In this document: piece by piece, positions 48,448-50,824 of the stretch
Layout: each line of letters starts with the position of its first letter
How positions within the stretch are numbered: the first letter of the stretch is position 1
NCBI GenBank assembly: GCA_964565845.1
Contig: CAZMGO010000002.1
Coordinates: 1-50,824, forward strand
Length of the DNA stretch: 50,824 nucleotides
DNA from: an uncultured Oscillospiraceae bacterium
GTDB lineage: Bacteria > Bacillota > Clostridia > Christensenellales > Aristaeellaceae
Direction of reading: 5' to 3'
Notes under the pieces: generated by a model
What the model was told of the DNA's origin: nothing
What the model saw: only the letters and a program-made list of their open reading frames with translations
Databases searched by the model: none
Position numbers and translations under genes: made by a program

Positions 48448-49755
48448 TCATTTCACCGCCTGATAGCATTCGCGGTCGCGCACCACGCAGCCGGAGGGAA
48501 TGCCCGCGCGCAGAAGCGCCGCGCACTGACCGCAGGTGATGCAAACTCGTTTGGGGTCAAGCGCGCCCGTTTCACGCAGGTCGCGCGGGAAGTCGGGATA
48601 GGCAAAGGCCATGCGGCCGAAGCCTGCCAGCTGCGCGTGTCCGCCCTTCAGCATACCCGCGGCAAGCTGGGGTGAATATTGGCGCAGATAGGTATACGCG
48701 CTGCCGAGAATGGGCAGATCGGGATGCGCTTTTTGAATGGTGGACACGCAGTGCATCATACGCGACTCGCCCTCCAGCGGGTGCTCGTCCGGCACGTAAT
48801 TGCCGCGGTCGTAGGGGCGATTGACGTGCGGGTTTTTGTAAGGATTGCCGATGGTGATGTTGAGAAGCGGAATGTGGAATTCCGTTTTCAGAATGCCCGC
48901 AAGGCGAATGGCTTCATCCAGCACCGGCGTAAGGCCGTTCTCCGCCGTCACGCCGAAGCCCCACGGATACGGGAAGCCGTCGTAGGCATTCATGCGGCTG
49001 GTGAGGAAGAAGCCCGGCTTCGTCACGGCGGCGGAGGCGGCGCGGTAGGCGTTCAGCAGGAAGCGCGTGCGGTTTTCGAAGCTGCCGCCATACATGCCCG
49101 GGCGGGTATAGGCGGAAAGCAGCTCGCAGGCGAGATAGCGGTGGCAGCATTTGATGTCCATGCCGTCAAAGCCGGCCTTCTGCGCGAGACGTGCCATGTC
49201 GGAAAAGCGTTCCTCGTAGGCCCTCAGCTGGTCGTCCGTGAGGATGCGGGAGGAATCAATGGGCGTATCCTCGAGCGCGGGATTGTTGTAGGCGATCAGC
49301 GGAGCGGGAACACCCGTGGGCTTGGAATAGCGGCCAGAGTTCGTCGCCTGCATAACGATGACGGGCGCGTATCCGTTTTCCTTCAGGCAGGTTTCGCGCA
49401 TTTCGTCCAGCAGGCGGGCAAAGTCGTCCACGTTGCCGTCGGTGATCATCAGCTGATGCGCGCTGGCACGCACCTCCGGTGCGGACGCAACGGCCTCAAA
49501 CCAGATCAGGCCTGCGCCGCCATGGGCAAAGCGCAGATAGCGCCGCCGCGTGAGCGGGCCGGGGCGGCTGTCCTCCGTGCCGTCGGTGCCCTCCATCGGC
49601 TGAAGCGCAATGCGGTTCGGGCAGGTGACATTTCCGAGGGGGAGCGGCGCAAACAGGACGGAAAGATCGTCGCTGTGCGGCAGAAATCCGCCAAAGGAAG
49701 CGACAACGCGGTCGATGTCTTCCCATGAGGAATAATGGAAGGTTTCATGAAGCAT
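48448..49755 (-). CDS. Old-yellow-enzyme-type NADH:flavin oxidoreductase with a C-terminal 4Fe-4S motif, 436 aa
   Basis: OYE TIM-barrel start (LGNVTCPNRIALQPM). C-terminal C-x2-C-x2-C-x11-C (CITCGQCAALLRAGIPSGC). ATG 49755 lies 8 nt after GGAGG. The ORF-track start at 50064 overlaps the divergent GT2 gene. Confidence 0.7.
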   Translation of the reverse strand: MLHETFHYSSWEDIDRVVASFGGFLPHSDDLSVLFAPLPLGNVTCPNRIALQPMEGTDGTEDSRPGPLTRRRYLRFAHGGAGLIWFEAVASAPEVRASAHQLMITDGNVDDFARLLDEMRETCLKENGYAPVIVMQATNSGRYSKPTGVPAPLIAYNNPALEDTPIDSSRILTDDQLRAYEERFSDMARLAQKAGFDGMDIKCCHRYLACELLSAYTRPGMYGGSFENRTRFLLNAYRAASAAVTKPGFFLTSRMNAYDGFPYPWGFGVTAENGLTPVLDEAIRLAGILKTEFHIPLLNITIGNPYKNPHVNRPYDRGNYVPDEHPLEGESRMMHCVSTIQKAHPDLPILGSAYTYLRQYSPQLAAGMLKGGHAQLAGFGRMAFAYPDFPRDLRETGALDPKRVCITCGQCAALLRAGIPSGCVVRDRECYQAVK

Positions 49756-49786
49756 GAGCAGAACCTCCGATTCAAGTGTTGGAAAC

Positions 49787-49815
49787 AGTATAGCATTTTT
49801 TCGCCGCATCTTCAA
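49787..49815 (-). promoter_or_regulatory. Sigma-A promoter of the minus-strand redox operon (TTGAAG - 17 nt - TGcTATACT)
   Basis: Read on the minus strand: TTGAAG (49815-49810), a 17-nt spacer, TGc, then TATACT (49792-49787). About 30 nt upstream of ATG 49755. Confidence 0.5.
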
Positions 49816-49846
49816 GCCAAGCGGCAAATTTCGTGATAGGTGAAAC

Positions 49847-49875
49847 TTGATTATACGCAGAAGAAATGGTACAAT
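49847..49875 (+). promoter_or_regulatory. Sigma-A promoter of the GT2 gene (TTGATT - 17 nt - TGgTACAAT)
   Basis: TTGATT at 49847-49852. TGg at 49867-49869. TACAAT at 49870-49875. Confidence 0.5.
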
Positions 49876-49926
49876 AAGGCACGCTCTTGGTACAAATGGA
49901 GCACTCTTGTTATGCGAGGATACAAT

Positions 49927-50730
49927 ATGAAGCTGGAAACGCTGGTTACAACCATGCACCAGACAGGCTTTGACATCTATATGCGGATGAATTTGCAGAC
50001 GGATGCGGTTATAGCCAACCAGACCGATCAAAACGGCTACGCGGAAGCACAGATTGACGGGCATTCTGTGAAAATGATTTCAACAGATTCGCGTGGGGTG
50101 AGCCGAAATCGAAACCTGGCGTTAGCGCATGCGAGCCAGCGTGTGGACTACATATTGTTTGCTGACGATGATCTGGTTTTTGCCGACGGATATGAACGGA
50201 TGATTGCGGAGGAATTTGAAAGGCATCCGGAGGCGGAGGCGATTCGATTCAACATCCACGAGCTGCCCTCCAGCCGAAGACTCGGCATGCGCCGGATTGA
50301 AAGGTTTGAAGGGGCTACACGGCGCAACATGTCGGCGAGCGGCGTTTGGGGCGTAGTCGTGAAAAACGAGGTTCTAAAAAAGCACAATCTGCGCTTTCAC
50401 GAGAATTTTGGCACCGGCACAGCGAACTACTGCGGGGAAGATACCATTTTCCTGATGCAGATGATCGACAAAAAAGTGAAATTCTACCGATCTCCTGTAG
50501 ACATTGCCGGCATTGCCCAGATGGAAAGCACATGGTACAGGGGTGCAGACGAGAAGTATTTTACGGTTGCGGGTGCGGCGCTCGGCGAGGCGTATCCAGG
50601 GTGCGCATATCTACTCGCGATTCGCAGCGCACTCAAGGCGCGAAGACGCAAAAAAAGCGGGCTGAGCTTCTGGCGGATGCTTGTATGCTATTACAAGGGC
50701 ATTCGAGCGGGCGGGGACATTTCTCGCTGA
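49927..50730 (+). CDS. Family 2 glycosyltransferase (soluble GT-A type)
   Basis: The N-terminus MKLETLVTTM.. and the FADDDLVF (DxD) motif are typical of polysaccharide-cluster GT2 enzymes. ATG 49927 lies 7 nt after GAGGA. Confidence 0.7.
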   Translation: MKLETLVTTMHQTGFDIYMRMNLQTDAVIANQTDQNGYAEAQIDGHSVKMISTDSRGVSRNRNLALAHASQRVDYILFADDDLVFADGYERMIAEEFERHPEAEAIRFNIHELPSSRRLGMRRIERFEGATRRNMSASGVWGVVVKNEVLKKHNLRFHENFGTGTANYCGEDTIFLMQMIDKKVKFYRSPVDIAGIAQMESTWYRGADEKYFTVAGAALGEAYPGCAYLLAIRSALKARRRKKSGLSFWRMLVCYYKGIRAGGDISR

Positions 50731-50772
50731 ACAAGAAGGAAAACTGTTTATACAAAAGGATGGGATGGACAG

Positions 50773-50824
50773 ATGAAGACGGAAAATGGGCGATTTACGG
50801 CACGGCAGGTACGCGTGATAGCCG
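50773..50824 (+). CDS. Start of an unidentified ORF running off the window (MKTENGRFTARQVRVIA..)
   Basis: ATG 50773 is preceded by AAAGGATGGGATGG and the frame is open to the window end. Too short to identify. Confidence 0.3.
   Translation, partial: MKTENGRFTARQVRVIA

Overview
This is a 50.8 kb chromosomal window that looks like a high-GC, spore-forming member of the Clostridia. The GC content looks to be about 60% by eye and was not computed. The taxon call is an inference from GC-rich codon usage, Firmicute gene order and the sporulation genes gerM, spoIIGA and sigE.

Almost everything is housekeeping and sits on the + strand, in tightly packed operons with frequent ATGA or TAATG start/stop overlaps. 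From left to right:

(1) The conserved rsmB-rlmN-prpC-prkC-rsgA-rpe block, followed by xpt, a HAD-IIA phosphatase, an esterase and a lipoprotein L,D-transpeptidase.

(2) A PyrR-attenuated pyrR-pyrP unit.

(3) gerM, a fused rph-rdgB gene, and ysnB.

(4) A lone minus-strand Cys-type sulfatase.

(5) guaB.

(6) A Tyr-specifier T-box leader in front of an aminotransferase-tyrS pair, then a yigZ-family gene, an MFS transporter, an RluA-family pseudouridine synthase, two tandem Cof-type HAD phosphatases and trmL.

(7) A small membrane protein, two tandem uracil-DNA-glycosylase paralogues and a GNAT-like protein of unknown function.

(8) A minus-strand secreted CAP-domain protein, a double zinc-ribbon acidic protein and a metallophosphoesterase.

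(9) A division/cell-wall cluster, mraZ-ftsL-pbp-murE-mraY-murD-ftsW-ftsQ-ftsA-ftsZ, in which rsmH, murF and murG are absent.

(10) A processive-type GT2 glycosyltransferase, an array of Spo0A boxes, and spoIIGA-sigE.

(11) A four-gene minus-strand redox plus N-ribohydrolase operon with no assigned pathway.

(12) A GT2 gene and the first codons of another ORF.

I found no rRNA or tRNA genes, CRISPR arrays, transposases, integrases or recognisable defence-system genes. I do not see a clear-cut novel system. The best candidates for undescribed biology are the redox/N-ribohydrolase operon (44.9-49.8 kb), the UDG-UDG-GNAT triplet, and the regulatory architecture around ftsZ / GT2 / spoIIGA.

All product calls rest on motif recognition in the supplied translations and on synteny. 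No database search was possible. Start codons were chosen by ribosome-binding-site spacing and may be off by a few codons.
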